A DNA stretch of 64,000 nt from Botryllus schlosseri. Its lineage: Eukaryota. The DNA lies in contig CM119372.1 of the NCBI GenBank assembly GCA_051294905.1, forward strand, positions 6,512,001 to 6,576,000, given 5' to 3'. The notes under the pieces were generated by a model. That model saw nothing but the letters and a program-made list of their open reading frames with translations, searched no databases and had not been told where the DNA came from. Every line of letters begins with the position of its first letter. Positions within the stretch are counted from its first letter, which is position 1. Of this stretch, positions 1-13,915 are shown one piece after another. The translations under genes and the position numbers were made by a program.

Positions 1-314
1 GGCACTTGGGTGAAAAAGGTATAAGCTAGCTATCATTGTATCACATTATGCGCTCGAATCCTAATGCTGCTGAAAATATGTAGCTCAGACTGCATGGAAT
101 GTAGTCATTTAGCAACAAAAACTCAGCTCTCACGTATTTATGACTGCTTTTCAAAACCACTTGCTTACTTGAACAGTTTTCAAATACAGCAAATTATACT
201 TATACTTTAATTAGTTTGGGGCTGCTTCGGAAAACACTACGTCTACTCGTACTTGAGTAAAATATTGCGTCGATATTAGTCGAGTAGCTTACTCGACTAC
301 TTTGACCACCTCTG
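1..314. mobile_element. Right end of a hAT-type MITE (CAGAGGTGGTCAAAGTAG family)
   Basis: Ends in ctactttgaccacctctg with tacttgagta/ctactt subterminal motifs. The same terminus occurs at about 3873 and at 28236/28796. Confidence 0.6.
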
Positions 315-1049
315 ATTACAAGATATGGAGGAAGGCCTGTTTTTGATTGAGTTGAAGTCACTGCTACGACCCTACCACAGATCTAATCTGATAGGGCTGG
401 GGTGGGCAGACCTGCTTCATGTGCGAGCCGCATATCAAAATCCAGAGTTATGAAAAAGCCACAACATAAAAGTTTAAGGAAGATTTCCGCTCTGTAATAT
501 TGGCAAATATTTACAGATAAGGCACATTGGCGTACCACCATTATCACTGCATGCAGACTATCCCTCCCATTCTGTCATAAAAGTTCTATTTTCCTGTTCA
601 TACATTCTTTTCTTGCAATTATCGCTCAACAATATTTTCTTGGCCAAACTCTGCAGTTATTGCTAGTTAGCCTTTACAATACAAATGGAAGAGCCCTATT
701 CACCAATTTAGCCAAGGAATGATCGTGTGTGTGTGCTACTGTGATTAATTATCAAGTTCATTGTAGATCAAAATGATTTATCATCGGTTGAGAACCATGC
801 ACCATTACTGTGGGTGAAACGAAGTGAACTCGATTCGAGTTCTAACTCTCTAGTGCCCCTCCTCCTAAATTTGTTACGTAAACGATAAGAAAAGAAATAA
901 CACGATAGCAATACGCATATAGCCCACTCCTGTGATAAAGGAATGTTTACGATTACGAGCATCGTAATACTACGAAGGCTCTCAAACACGAAATCCCGCG
1001 AACAGCATACTCTCGTTAATTTGTGACGTGTTGCAACATCCCTGTGTTT

Positions 1050-2110
1050 CTAGATTAGGTTTACCACATTTTTGTGGATCAAATTCCGGACACTCTTTAG
1101 CGCCCATTAGCAGATTTTACAATGAGGTATGAACACATTGTCAGTTAATATGACGTTACAATAGCAAAGATTCGCCTGTCGACTGTATACAGGAGTGGAG
1201 TGAAATATAGGTTTTGAATTGAGTCTTCTCTAGTGTGAGCTCTGGTGATTGCCTGATGGGTCTGCAACAGGTTTCTTCACGGGCCGGATGAAATCATCTG
1301 GTGAACCTTATCCGATCCGCCGGTTGAATGTCTGACAGCCTTGCTATACTGTTAATTCGGCGCGGTTATCTGGTTGCGTGTTGTAACCAAGTCCGAAAAA
1401 ACATTTTTTCAGCCCTCTCCCGCCAATAAAAGCACTATTATTGGGCCCACCGTGGGGTAATCTATACAACATCTTGCGAACATACTATATGCATCTGCTT
1501 GATAAAATTGGTGAAAGAATTCTGTCAACAGTATTGATTCTTCCATATATTACTACAAAATACACCATAGATTGCACATCCGGTGGTTTTCAACCTCTTA
1601 GCCCCGTGAGCTCATTTCCAATTTTAAAATGTTTCGCAGTCCAACTCAAAAAAATGATAGGCTGATTAATAAAAATTAATGAAACAAAAGTCAGCTTGCC
1701 CAGACTTACTTACGGCCTATTTTGGAAGCTGATAACGTCCAACATCTTCGTGATCCCCAGAATAAAAGCAAACGACTCCCAGGTTTGACTAAACTAAAGC
1801 ATCCAAACGGCCTTAACCAACGCTAGGAAAATACCGTTATCTTATAATTGTGATTACTATTATTTCACTAAATGATGGTTATTTTTATTTGTTGTTGATT
1901 GCAATTTTTGCGAGGGCGGTACGTGGTCCCCATATTAATATCAATATACGTTATAATAAATCGCGCGCAACACGAAGATAATTTTAAATAGCATAAATTG
2001 GCTTAAAAATAATATTATTTATGTTGATTTACGAAACAAATTTTGAGCCTACTTCAAGCCTTCAAAACTCCGGACATTTAGGCATGCAGGCATTCCTCCC
2101 GGACGCAGTA
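1050..2110 (-). mobile_element. Degenerate MITE, inverted copy of the 37570-38650 element
   Basis: 1081-1118, 1694-1820 and 2041-2107 match the reverse complements of about 38595-38630, 37925-38070 and 37626-37697. Ends are approximate. Confidence 0.6.
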
Positions 2111-2204
2111 TTTTTTATGAATGCATTTCTTACTCGAACACATTCCGTGAATTGGGAAAATTGTCAGTGTACCAGCGATAAGATACGATGGGAATACACA
2201 GCAG

Positions 2205-2480
2205 AATAATTATTATTATTATTATTATCAATTCAAGGCCTTACAGTGACGCTTATAGCCTTTTTTAGGCCTTGTGCATCACGACATGGATATTGTACAG
2301 TTCATTGTCATTGTCTTTTTTGTATCTTTCAGTATTGTTGACATTTGCATCGTTCTCCAAGCGCTTCGCAATCGTTCACTTTCATTTCACCCTCCCATTC
2401 ATCCAACTTAGTGTCTCGGATGCCAACTTTTTGCAGCGTGGCTTACTGTGTTTCTGGGCTTTTTCAACACATTGTTTGTA
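2205..2480 (-). mobile_element. 3' end of an RTE-like non-LTR retrotransposon with a (TAA)n tail
   Basis: The minus strand ends in a (TAA)n microsatellite tail (2205-2228). It is preceded by a decayed frame (KPRNTVSHAAKSWHP...RSAWRT) reminiscent of RTE C-termini. Confidence 0.4.
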
Positions 2481-3699
2481 AAGCGGGGTCAGCGGTGAGA
2501 AGCACAGATAAACCTCCAACAGAATAATTAGAGACATTACAAGAAACCGAATGAGACAGCGACCGCACTTTACTATACCACTCCACTCTCAAATCAGAGG
2601 TTGTGGGTTTGATTGGCGCTGACTGGCTCACAAGACCCCAGCCGCTGGTGAGAGAACCAGTCCGGGTCTCAAGCCAATGGAAATGGATTGGTTTTTCGCA
2701 GAAAATGTGTCCACCTATAACTTTGTGTGGAAAGCTGGGTATTTTATCGACGCCACAATCGCTAGAAGCCCCCTCTCTCTCTCTCACTCTCTCTCTTTTT
2801 CTCTCTTATTCATTCATGCAAGAATGTTGTGCTTATCGGATCAAACGAGGTTACTGATTTTTCGTAGATAAATTTCGGGGCTGATGTATTCACGAAATAT
2901 CAACATTTAATTTTCATAAAAGTTGAGTTAAAGCCCGGAATTTTCGTCGAGCTTCGCGCACAGTGGATATGGAGTGAACAGTATGCTTTCACAAAAGTAT
3001 CAATGAATATAATTTAAGTAGCGGGTTGCATGGTTCCGTTCACACCGCATTTGAAACTGATGTTTGGCAATCTAGCATTTACTTATCATATCGTAATCTA
3101 GCAGTCCTAGACGTGTCCTAATCTGGAAAAGTGAACTCTGACCTTTTTCTAGCTTTAGACCTGTTTTAACATAAAACCTTTGAAACTTTTCTGGACTAAA
3201 GACATGAAATACATTTACCGCTTTTAGAAGTAGTATATATAATTCTCTTTCAATTCCTAGCATCATACTTAGAGTTTTAATAAGTTTCACTTTTGGCTGG
3301 AGAGCATATACATGTTGAAGTATAGAAGAACTTACGAAATAAAGCCACACAATATGGCATTTTTACGATCCATCATATTTTTTATCAACGTTTACTAATT
3401 GTGTAAAGTGTCTATAAAGTATCCTATACAACTTCTCCGTATTGCTCTCCGACTAAACTATACGGGCCTTATAATATGGGGGACGGCGCCATACCATGAT
3501 ATTTTCTAAAACGGGCTGTTAGAGTAAACAGATAATTAGTATATCGCCTTTACATATCAATCCTAGCATTTTCATCCCATGATGTGGACGAATGCGTATG
3601 ATGTCGAAAATTGGATACCTGCTGGTATGCTTAAATATGAATCAAGCTCTGCACCTTTCGCATAGCTCAACTTTGCAGGTTTTGACAATCCATGCGAAC

Positions 3700-3873
3700 G
3701 AATTACAATCGTTTTCACAACTACTTACTTACTTGAGTAGATTTAAAGTCAGTCAATTCTACTTCTACTTCAAGTGGTTTTAGGTTGCTCTTCTCGTACC
3801 TGAGTATATTTTTTTCGTCGCTACTTCTACTTCTACTTGATTAGCTTTCTTGACTACTTTGACCATACCTCTG
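3700..3873. mobile_element. Partial hAT-type MITE (CAGAGGTGGTCAAAGTAG family)
   Basis: tacttacttacttgagtag repeats and the terminus ttgactactttgaccatacctctg, as at 298-314. Confidence 0.5.
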
Positions 3874-4012
3874 GATTACCACGATAATAATCGTATTATC
3901 GACGTTAAATGTATTACTATAATCCGAAGTCGATGGATAAAATCAGAAAACTTAGCAGTGCAAAGGCCATATATGCTATTTCATCTCATTTATCATTTCC
4001 GATTAAATAAAT

Positions 4013-7000
4013 TCACGTTTTCTTCGTTTTGCCGCATCTGCAAACTTTTCGAGCGCAGAATTGCACGATCTCTACCGCAGTAATGATACTCATCCCAAGC
4101 CACAATCCCAACTGGCCACCTGAATTCAAAGTCAATATATCATTGCGATAGGCCTGATAGGCCAATAATCATACCAGGGATATCTAGATATCCCTGATTC
4201 ATACATGCAGAAGAGGTGTCTCAATCCCAATCGTTTGGTACGATTTATCACGCACTAATACAAGTTAGTCTGGGTTTTTCGTCATAATAGTCTCTTCGGA
4301 GACTTGGAACACAGAATTTCCAGAAATATCACTAATACCGGTATAAAATGGGACACTCTTTCATTACGGAAGCTGGATTTGATATCATGTTTACTCACCT
4401 ATATCACTGAGCAAAGACGATTCGTCGATTTTTTTCGACTGCGTTAGCTTACTATAACTCATCGCTTTGAAATATAAATCGAATTCCACAACGTTTTGAG
4501 ACGCTTCAGTTTCTGGAATCTCCCAAATTTTCTAGAAGTATATATTCAAAGTTGATGTATACCTACATGGTTACACCGTACTTTATTTGGAGTTTTGCTA
4601 TACTTACGGCTAACGCACCAGTTGTTGGCGGGTTGGGAAACGTCGCGTACGAGATTGTACTATGGAAGTCGGAGTGGGAGCATGGAACTGTGCAATTGCA
4701 TATATCGGCAGAGTGCTAAATCAGAAATGGCCAGCTAAATAAACTGTTATATACCAGAACATTTGTGTAATAGAAATATATCTGCAAGTTTTGAACTTTA
4801 ACTAGTGAATATTCATCGCAAACAACTGGTATTAAGGAATTTATATTGTATAGCTATCTAATTGCAATGCAAAATAATAAAAAAGAAACGATTAGATAGC
4901 TCCACCACAATGGGAATTACAGCGATGCTTCCAAGAGCAAAGCTGTTGTTGACATCTCTACATTAATTCATCAACTGTGCAACATACACAATTCATGCCC
5001 TAGGCCAGTGGTTCTCAACCTTTTTGGCTTCGCGGACCCCTTTTGACCGTCACGGACCCTCGCGGACCCCCTCAAGTTTTAGTTCAATTTTAGCCCTATT
5101 ATGGTGTAACCTTAATTTGTCTGGTGCAAATATTATCTGTAGGCTTGTGATAAACAACAAAATAGTGATTTTTCTTGAAGATAACATCATACTATTTCTG
5201 TAGAAATTGGTGGAATTTTATTATTTTAAAGCTAATTTTTCTGCTGTACTTCTTGAAGTACGTGGTCGTGTCTTGAAAATCCGCGTATTCGTTTTGATAT
5301 AAACGAGGAGTGCCGAAAACCATTTCCGTAAAGATAGATGGAGGCTAATGCAATATTTACGTATAACGCTTCCGACGATACTTTTGGTGTGATCGCAACA
5401 TTTATGGCACCAAAATGAAGAAACAAATATTTTATGAACATATGACGTCCCGCATCCAGTGCAGGGACGGGCAACATACGGACCGCGGGCCGGATTCGGC
5501 CCGCGACGGCATTTTGATCGGCCCGCAGAGAGTTTCTACAGTCGAAGTGAAATCCTAATCTAAAAGTATAGACAAATTTTATGCTCCAGAGAATGGATCC
5601 AAGTTTTCCAACCAGAGACTGTCATGAAACGACTTGTTCTGTTCGGGTTAAATATATATTTATGAGCAAACAGTTTCGACCATGAACAATTGAACATTAA
5701 CAAGAAGAGGCTGCGTACCAAGAAAACTAGGGATATGAATTTCAGAGTTGGGGCGTAATGCTTTGATAGCAACGCAACACTCCTTGTTCATCAAAAAATC
5801 AGCCTTGTCGATAGGGCATCCGCAATAAGAATGCTTCAAATGTGATAGCCGAGCTTTAAGAGCAGGTATATCATTGTCCGATTTATGACGAGTGTCAGCC
5901 GAGAATATTCGGGTTCATTTCAATATGAATATGCTATTCCATTTTATATCAAAGTTCTGTACCTCCAAGAAGCTTTTCCCTGCATTGGAACAAATTATGG
6001 AAATACTTCGGATTTTTTTTAATTTCAAACGACTGCTCACTAACTTGATGAGACTGACAACTTCAAATCGAGAAGGTTTCGTAGACATTACGAAGTCACC
6101 CTGATTGACGTTACTATCTCCGTATTTTTTTTTTCCACAAACCTCAACAAAACGTCTCTAAAGAGCAATATGTTTGTATCAGCAGGTTATTCGAAAATTG
6201 GCAATGAAAATGAGTTTCCACACTACCATCGTCCATGTCAGACGATTATTATTATGATATGAGTCACGGGGTTTTAGCAGTTGAGGTGCGAAACTCCCTC
6301 AAGCTTTCTCAAATGAAAAAATACAATAAAAATTTGGTTATCAACCATTTTAAAAATTTAGAGGTCTCGCGGACCCCCTGAAATTGCTTCGCGGACCCCC
6401 GGTTGAGAACCGCTGCCTTAGGCCCCAGTGTTGGGATGACTCGAGTCATGACTTGACTCGAGTCACCTTTTTCGTTTGACTTGACTTGACTCGAGTCACT
6501 TTGCTAAAGTGACTTGACTTGACTCGGCGTATCAGAAATGTGGATTGACTCGTGACTCGGAGCAAAATTCACGAGTCAATTTCAAGTCATAATATTTTCG
6601 GTGTCGATGAAAATCAATGAATCTAGCATATGTTCGCGAAACGCTGGTGTAACCCGCGAGAGCGACCAATCATTCAATTATGGTGCGTTTTACTGAGCCG
6701 TCATTGTTTACTCACAAATAAATTGACCACAAACGAAGTGTTCGAAGCTTACAGCGTTGTCGTAAACAAGTAATTTAATAGCAAAATGTCTATTTCTATT
6801 CTCTGTTCTTACCTTAACCAAACATCTTGTTTTATTGAAAATGAATTGGAAGATAGTTTATATACTCCTCACCCATTGGCGCCGACTCGAATTGTATCAT
6901 ATCAGTATGTATAAATTGGTAATGTATTGCATCTTATCAATTCGTCTCTCTATTCTCTATTCTCTATTTTGGCTGGTAACTATAAACTGAGGCTATGCAA

Positions 7001-10000
7001 TTACTTACGTAGTTAAATAGTTCTACGTATATGTAAGCGATACAGCACCTTCTTGCGTGTATATTTATATTCGTTCATCGGATCAGAAATAATGACCACT
7101 TAATCTGTATTTCAGACAGCTAGCAAAATGCAATGACGTAATCATGCCTCATAATTCTAATAGGCAACTTGACTTGAATTGTGACTTGACTCGTGACTTG
7201 ACTTGACTTGACTCGACTTGACTCGAGTCACCTTCAAAAATCGAGTGACTTGACTTGACTCGAGTCACCTTTGGAAATCGATTGACGTGACTTGACTCGA
7301 GTCAAAATGTGCAATGACTCGAAATGACTCGTGACTCGAAGGTAGTGACTTGATCCCAACACTGCTAGGCCTATCCGCACGTCATTTTGCCAAAATATAA
7401 TGGGATACATTTGGGAAGGCTTGTTACAATGTGAGGGGAAAACAATGACTGTTCATAAGCAAGGTACTTTTGTATTACTTTTCCGGTGACTATACCTTTG
7501 ACCCGCTCCAGCCGAAAATATTAGGGTTTATTTCAATATGAATGTGCTATTCAAAGATATTATAAAGAAACTTACATTTACAGGTCTGTCATGTTTGGTG
7601 TGGATTCACCCACAACCTACCCCATCTCCTCACATTAAAATAAGGAATAAACTTATACTTTTAATCGTCCAATACCACAAAACACATACTCAGTATATCA
7701 TATTGTTAAATATAAGTAATTGCCTCACAGTTCGCTGCACATGAATTAGGTATTCATAAGCGCAGTCTTGCATTTCCGACATAGTACATTGTCGGCCATA
7801 TTCCTCCGCCCAGTATTGCGTGAAAATGTAACATCCGCAACGGTCAATCACAGCATTGGTGTAGCATTCTGGAAATGAATGCATTTTCAATGTATAATGT
7901 ACAATGTGTGATGTGTGAACCATTTCGTATATATTGAAATATGTTGAAAATACGCAGACCTTGGAGGCAATTGTTCAATGTGTAAACGGGAAAGAACTTT
8001 AAGTTTTCGTTGGATGGGTCACATATTCCCCACGGCTTGTACATCAAATTGAAGTCCTGACGGGTTACTTCGATAGACGCTTTTCTTCCGACTGGTATGG
8101 ACATGCCCAAGCTTCCTACATCGGGTGTTTCGCCACGCTGATGGACCTGATAAAATGTGCTGCCTTGTCTTATCATTGTGATATCCGTCTGACAAGCCTT
8201 TGGGAAGCATTTTGCGACGCTCCATTAAATCTCATTCAGATGCGAATTTATATACCCACAATTAGCGAGGATGCCAATATATACAATCACAATAATGTAA
8301 TAAGTGGATGCTGTCACTTAACAGCGGATGATATGATAAACTCACGCAAGATGTAATAATAATGTTGACTACATCTTTTCACCGGCTTTAATCAAACAGA
8401 ATAGCTGTAGTTTGAAGCATGCTATACAAATTTGTTCGTAATAGAAGTATATCCGTAAAATATTCATGCCTGTATTCTCAATCCCGCATCCCGTAAACCA
8501 AAAACGGGCTCCTCCGTTATGCCGTCTAGCTGCACATTCAAGGTCACAGAAAGACCGTTTCCCGCTCCGGGTATGTTCTGAATTTTACTGACGTTATCAG
8601 CGTTGAAGGTATGACAGACGCCCATCCACGACAGGACTTCAGAAAAATCTTCGGATGAGCAATCCTCGTATTTGAACCTGCAAGTATGAATCTTGTTGAT
8701 GCGGTCTGGTTGTACAAAGGAGTCGTTTCTGAATACGATTCTCGACAATATATTTAAAAAGTACTACTATTGCAACGTTCCTATTTAATTGAAGCAGAGT
8801 GTAGGTCTGTACGTGTAATAATAAATGTGTTGCTAGCTGGTTCTAATTGAGAATGCTATCATCATATGTTTACAGCGATTGCCGTAGTTTGAAACTTATT
8901 GTTAGATCGAGATTCATGCCCAGATCAGTCATCCACGAATAGCTAGGGATATTTTACACGGACTATAGGCCGAATTGTCTCTTTCTGAGAAGAGGTGGTA
9001 CGCAGCTAAAGGAAATTCTGTCAGTATAAAATTAAATATTATATTCAAATTGAAATCAAACCGAGTGCCAAAATATTAACCCGTGTGTCAACCAAAAATA
9101 TTCGGGTTGATTTTATAGGGATATATTATTCAGATATTGAAGCTCTCTAACCCCAGCAATCTCTTTAAATTTATCAGGCAATACCAACAAAGGATGTGAA
9201 ACACTGCCTTACTATGATTGCAGCTTGACATAATAATTGTTAAATATTTTATTTCACGAGATTGATTTGATATACTCGATATGGTTTGATATTTCTTCGG
9301 GTTCAATGGTTTGATATACTTCCTACGGTTCAATGTCTGTAATCAGAAGGGCGATATTTTTGACATTGAAAAAAAAGTCAAAATTTTGTCAAAATTGTAG
9401 CGTTAGGTCGAAAAATTGTTTACAAGGTCAAAATTGTTTGCAACCTGCAGTTCGTTTGTATCGTAGATGATTGTACTGTCGGTGAACTTATAATTTGGAA
9501 TCTTGTAGGCATTCCGTTGTAGATGGCCCATTGTCTGCTCATCGTGAATCATAAACAGTCAAATGAAACAAATATAGGTCTACATGGTGTTATGCTCCAC
9601 ATTTTTCGTCAATTCTTGGCCCGAGAATGCAGGAAAGCATCTTTCGTTGCACTACAACAAATTTTAATTATTTCCACCATAATGCGTGATGTAACTACTG
9701 GAATTCTTCATAGGTGCGGATTTCGTTAAAATAAAGTTTTTTTCATGTGAAAATCTGTCCGTTTTTAAGAAACAAAGTTTTTTCAGGCCAAAGTACTTCG
9801 TAAAGACATACAGTTCCAACCAGAATAGAAGATAACTAGTAAAATTATAACAATATGTGCTAAAACGCCTATAATTTACATACATGAGGGCAAAGTTTGC
9901 TAAAATTAAGTTTTATAACGTAATGAAATGTCAAAATTTTATTTTTTAGTCAAAATCTTCTTCTGGGGGTAAAATATCGCTCTACTAATAAGTAAAATGT

Positions 10001-13000
10001 CGTAACCGCTCCCCAGAACCGGTCGCGGAAATGATAAGCACGAAACTTTTTGCAATAGATAATAATTGAGTGGTATAATCATATAGAAATGAAACCCGAA
10101 TATTTTCGGCTGACACTCGAACATTTTATATTAACAATCGTGACGTCATATTTTGTGATAGGATTGTTGATATACAATGTTCTTTCCAATTCTCTACTAG
10201 TTCCTGACGAATACCCCTGACGAGTGTCAGCCGAAAATATTCGGGTTTCATTTCAATATGAATATACTATTCAATTGTATACTGAAGTTCTGTACCTCCA
10301 GAAGAAGCTCTTCAAATAGATGATAATAAAAATAATGAGAAATGACATGCATGCTTACACGCAACGTGGCATCACTTTTCCGGTGAGGTAAAATCCGTGC
10401 TTCCTCAGCAATCTTCTGATATTCAATTCACTGTCCAGTAGATCGGCCACCTCACTCAAATTAGGTCTGTGATTTCTGATTCCGTTTCTCCCCACGTTTG
10501 TCGGAGTTATGAGCTGATTGAACACGTGAATCGCGTCGATCAATGGCGATGCTTGCGATTCCATATAAAATCTTAAAACAGGAAAAAGTCGATTGGATAT
10601 GAAGCTACATCAAGTGTTTATATTAAAGTATCTATTCGAGTTTTTTTTCTGGTGCATTAAGGAAGAAGAAAGCGTGATGGTTTGCATTCATGATACAGTG
10701 GGTAAGGCTGAGCAAAATCGAGTACCTATTGCATTTCACTTTGTGACAATGCTGTGGTTTGATTATGACGTCACAGACATGTCATTTCACTCATGTGCGT
10801 AGCTTTGTACGACTTGTTTCGTATACTGCGATACGCCCAATCGAGGTTTACAGCCTTCCGCAGTAGATATCATTATCGAAACTAAAATTGCGATTAAGAC
10901 ATTAACTCTTAATGGCAAAGGTACTCGAATAACTCATATTTTACTATAGTCGTCTCGAAGCATTAGAATTGATACTCTATTCAGATTCGAGTAGGCCTAC
11001 TCAAATTATTGTGTCCAGCCCTAACAGATGCATCCACGTTAGCCAACCATTGAAACATGCGTTGCTCGCAAATTTCATTTGATACTTTACAAGATTGCAA
11101 CTAGTATGTGCGCCGTGCGGTTAGACATAGGAATTACCTATTGAATGTGCATATCGTTACTGCTGGAAATGGCATCTCTACCACAAACTCCTGAATTATT
11201 GATGTATTCGTTTCGTAATCAAAGTACGCGACAATGCGATCAACGACTTGATATGTCAACATGGCACCCATACCTGAAAGGAAAATACCTTGCAACCGTG
11301 CGCTAAAACAGTCTGCGCCAATAGCCTGCCTGTTTCGATTCCTAATCACAGGCGCGTATAGCAATACATAAGCATATTCTAACCCAGAGGTCTCAAACAC
11401 GCGGCCCACGAGAACATTCTGTGCGGCCCGCGATGGCATTAGGGAATTTCAAGTATTCGGACATTAGATTCAAGTGCCATATATCTTTTTTAGATTTAAG
11501 AAATTAAAGTTCACTATAAAACTACTACAAAACCTTAAATCTCCACAGACTTCACTATCACATCACATTTAAAAGCTACCAGGCGGACGAAGATCAGGTC
11601 ACATTTCTGGTTCATGATGATAAAACACGACCCGTTGATGATTCGTGCCTGAAAATTTTGATTTGGTTAGGTGGGACTTTTCGTAAAATTACTCGATTAC
11701 GAATTGACTGAGTGAATAAATAAAAATGACCCTAGTTGAGTCGGGTCAAACGTTAAAATCAGAGAAGGGCTTGTGCCCCGGAACGGTGAATTGGTGTTCG
11801 TACAGGCGCAACAATCTATGAAACGGTCATAGGGAATAGCAATATATCGAAAGGTCGTAGCTTGCGCTGCGTAGGATATATATCTATCTAATCAGATCAG
11901 TATGGCAACAACTGGCATTCTGTGACCCCCGCGACGTGGTTATACATCCTGGGTGTTGTTTGTTCTCTTTATCCATGTTATTATCGGTGGCGAGTAAGGT
12001 AGTGGTACCCTACACAGCTGTAACACCAATGGATTGGCGATTGGATATTTCTACTCCAGTGATCCTTAACCAGAGTTCCGCAGACCCCTTCGAGATACGA
12101 AACACCACATCAGAGGGTACGAGATGTATTGTTGAATAAGTCCTCTATGCCGTGGAATATTTTCTTGGCTAATTTATTGATCTGGAAAGTATTTTTCGCG
12201 CTATGCGTGATTTTATAAGAATGGGCTTTCTGATTTAAATATAGGTACCATCAGAAATTATGTTGAAAACGGACAGAGATGTGAGAAATCTTCTTGAAAG
12301 GACAATGGGTACGATCGCTAAAAAGGTTAGGAAGCAATGCTATTACCATGGTGCAATAATGATTATATTTAGGTTGTTATTGATAAGTTCCAATAATATT
12401 CGAAGGTATATCTGACGCTGATTAAATTTGACTTTGGCAGTGACAGTAACAATAGCCTACTTATCACGACTATATCAAAAAAACGGAATAGGCTCCGCTG
12501 CTCAAATGCTCTGACATCAGGCCAATCTTCAGTAAATTTTAAAATATTCTACATAAAATTGTGACACGTCAAAGGTCCACTAGCTGCAATATTATAACCC
12601 GACAGCTTTTACGATGTCATGATGCGTCCTCCCGTATGATGTCTATATTAGCCTACTCATTTTTTAAATTATGCACGACACAAAAACAATTTTATTCAAA
12701 TATTTCAAAATGTGATTTTTCCGTGCCAGCGTGAACAGTTCAATAGTAAATTACATTTCATGATGTTTGTGGAATGCCTGCCTGCAAGGTCCCGTCAAAT
12801 AAGGCCTACTTGTAAATTATACGCCCGCAGCGTCATCAAGACTATAAGAAATGGGCACGGGAACACATTTGAGTTTGAGGCCTCTGTTCTAACCAACTAA
12901 AAGAATGATCCAGAAGGCTTTGATCGGTTTTGACTTGCTGTTGTAGTAAAACGAAACCCCGTGCATTGTAGTTGTTGAAGCAAAGTTTTCCAATGGATCT

Positions 13001-13212
13001 TCATGCTTGCCATCTCTGGCCATATCGATTTCCGCAACATTCTTCTTGGAGATATTGGAACGCATGTTCGGCGATCCTAACTCTGTCTCATAGTTGGATT
13101 GAAATGGTTTGCCTGACATACTATCCATCAACTGATAATCATCCAGATCTGTCGTTCTTTCTCTATGATCGTTCGAATCGGGATATACTTTCCCACTATA
13201 AACGGGCAGCAT
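4013..13212 (-). CDS. DEG/ENaC/ASIC-superfamily ion channel subunit, paralogue A (9 exons, about 516 aa)
   Basis: Exons (minus strand): 13212-12894, 11273-11138, 10571-10359, 8677-8470, 8146-7960, 7868-7729, 4715-4608, 4531-4399, 4119-4013. They total 1551 nt and every phase is compatible. Motifs: FASTTTMHG (HG motif), TM1 FWIILLVG, MPFPAVTICTFNR, GVCHTFN, GAGNGLSVTL, KPWGIC, Cys-rich thumb, SSLLSDIGGQLGLWLGMSIITAVE (TM2). All introns are GT-AG except intron 4 (GC-AG). Confidence 0.93.
4175..4196. repeat. 22-bp perfect palindrome with near-identical 8-bp flanks (micro hAT element or footprint)
   Basis: CAGGGATATCTAGATATCCCTG flanked by aatcatac / attcatac. Confidence 0.7.
5006..6415. mobile_element. 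hAT MITE (CAGTGGTTCTCAACC TIR) with a nested Buster-type fragment from 5462
   Basis: TIRs cagtggttctcaacc / ggttgagaaccgctg, TSD ccctaggc/ccttaggc, gcggacccc subterminal repeats. The nested cagggacgggcaac end at 5462 is followed by decayed LVLFG...EQTVSTMN..INKKRLRT. Confidence 0.85.
6426..7364 (+). mobile_element. hAT MITE family A (CAGTGTTGGGAT TIR, GACTTGACTCGAGTC arrays)
   Basis: TIRs cagtgttgggat / atcccaacactg, degenerate TSD ttaggccc/ctaggcct. Homologous to 23349-24356 and 39913-40884. Confidence 0.9.
9342..9990 (+). mobile_element. Internally deleted hAT-like element, same family as 56150-58290
   Basis: Ends agggcgat / atcgctcta. Shares the blocks gtgaatcataaacagtcaaatgaaacaaat and ccataatgcgtgatgtaactactggaattcttcatagg with the 56-58 kb copy. 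Confidence 0.7.
10703..11023. mobile_element. MITE (TAGGGCTGGGC-like TIR), related to 31327-31806
   Basis: Ends taaggctgagcaaaatcgagtacc / tgtccagcccta. The left end is the reverse complement of ggtactcgattttgcccagccca at about 31783-31805. Confidence 0.6.
11385..12886 (+). mobile_element. hAT MITE family D (CAGAGGTCTCAAAC TIR) filling intron 1 of paralogue A
   Basis: TIRs cagaggtctcaaac / gtttgaggcctctg, perfect TSD ttctaacc. Homologous to 49241-50415. Confidence 0.9.
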
Positions 13213-13915
13213 GAATGCGATCTCGTACTACTCGCCTACACTGAGTCCACATATATAGGTAAACCATTTATATCTATTCAAGTTAGCTGACCCAGAGAAA
13301 ACTTGGTAGCTGTTTTTCGGAATCTCTTTGAACGGGTGATCTATTTTACCTCATAAAATCGAGAGAAAGCAAAGCTCTCTCACTAGTGCAGACTTCGCAG
13401 AGAATAGAGGCGGGCACATAATCTTGCTTCACCGAAAATAACCAAGTTATACCCTTACTAAACATATCGAATATCCTGATATATATCTATCAACTTACAG
13501 CACCTAACAAGCTAATCGGACTATGCTGGTCCGAATTTCGGGAGAGTTGATGGCAACGACATACTTGTACTTGACTGCACGCTCTGGATGAAATAGTATA
13601 TCACCTCGGTGTAATTGCCATTAATCTGTATGGTGACACTGACAAACCTTTAGTGACGATGAGCCAGGTAGCTGGGAACTTTCTAATTCTAATAATCCAG
13701 TACATTACCTGATCGAATGTGGGCTGTAGCTCCTTTACCAGCCAGAAACAAGCAAATTAGTTTGACTTGACTGCATACGCCTATTTCACAGGCATAGAAG
13801 ATGTGTCAGTCATGTGAAGTCGAAACCGGCTCGGGCTAGCATTATTACTGGCTATTATATGTTCCCCGACGTTATTGTGACAACTAATTATTACAGATTA
13901 AGGTGGTATTAATAC

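Noticed and set aside
2484..2800. Possible tRNA-derived SINE or ncRNA
   Set aside because: Only a vague B-box-like string; no cloverleaf and no second copy in the window.
6426..7364. GACTTGACTCGAGTC arrays (also at 23.3, 27.1 and 39.9 kb) as CRISPR-like repeats
   Set aside because: No unique spacers of regular length and no cas genes. They are subterminal repeats inside elements bounded by TIRs and TSDs in a eukaryotic genome.
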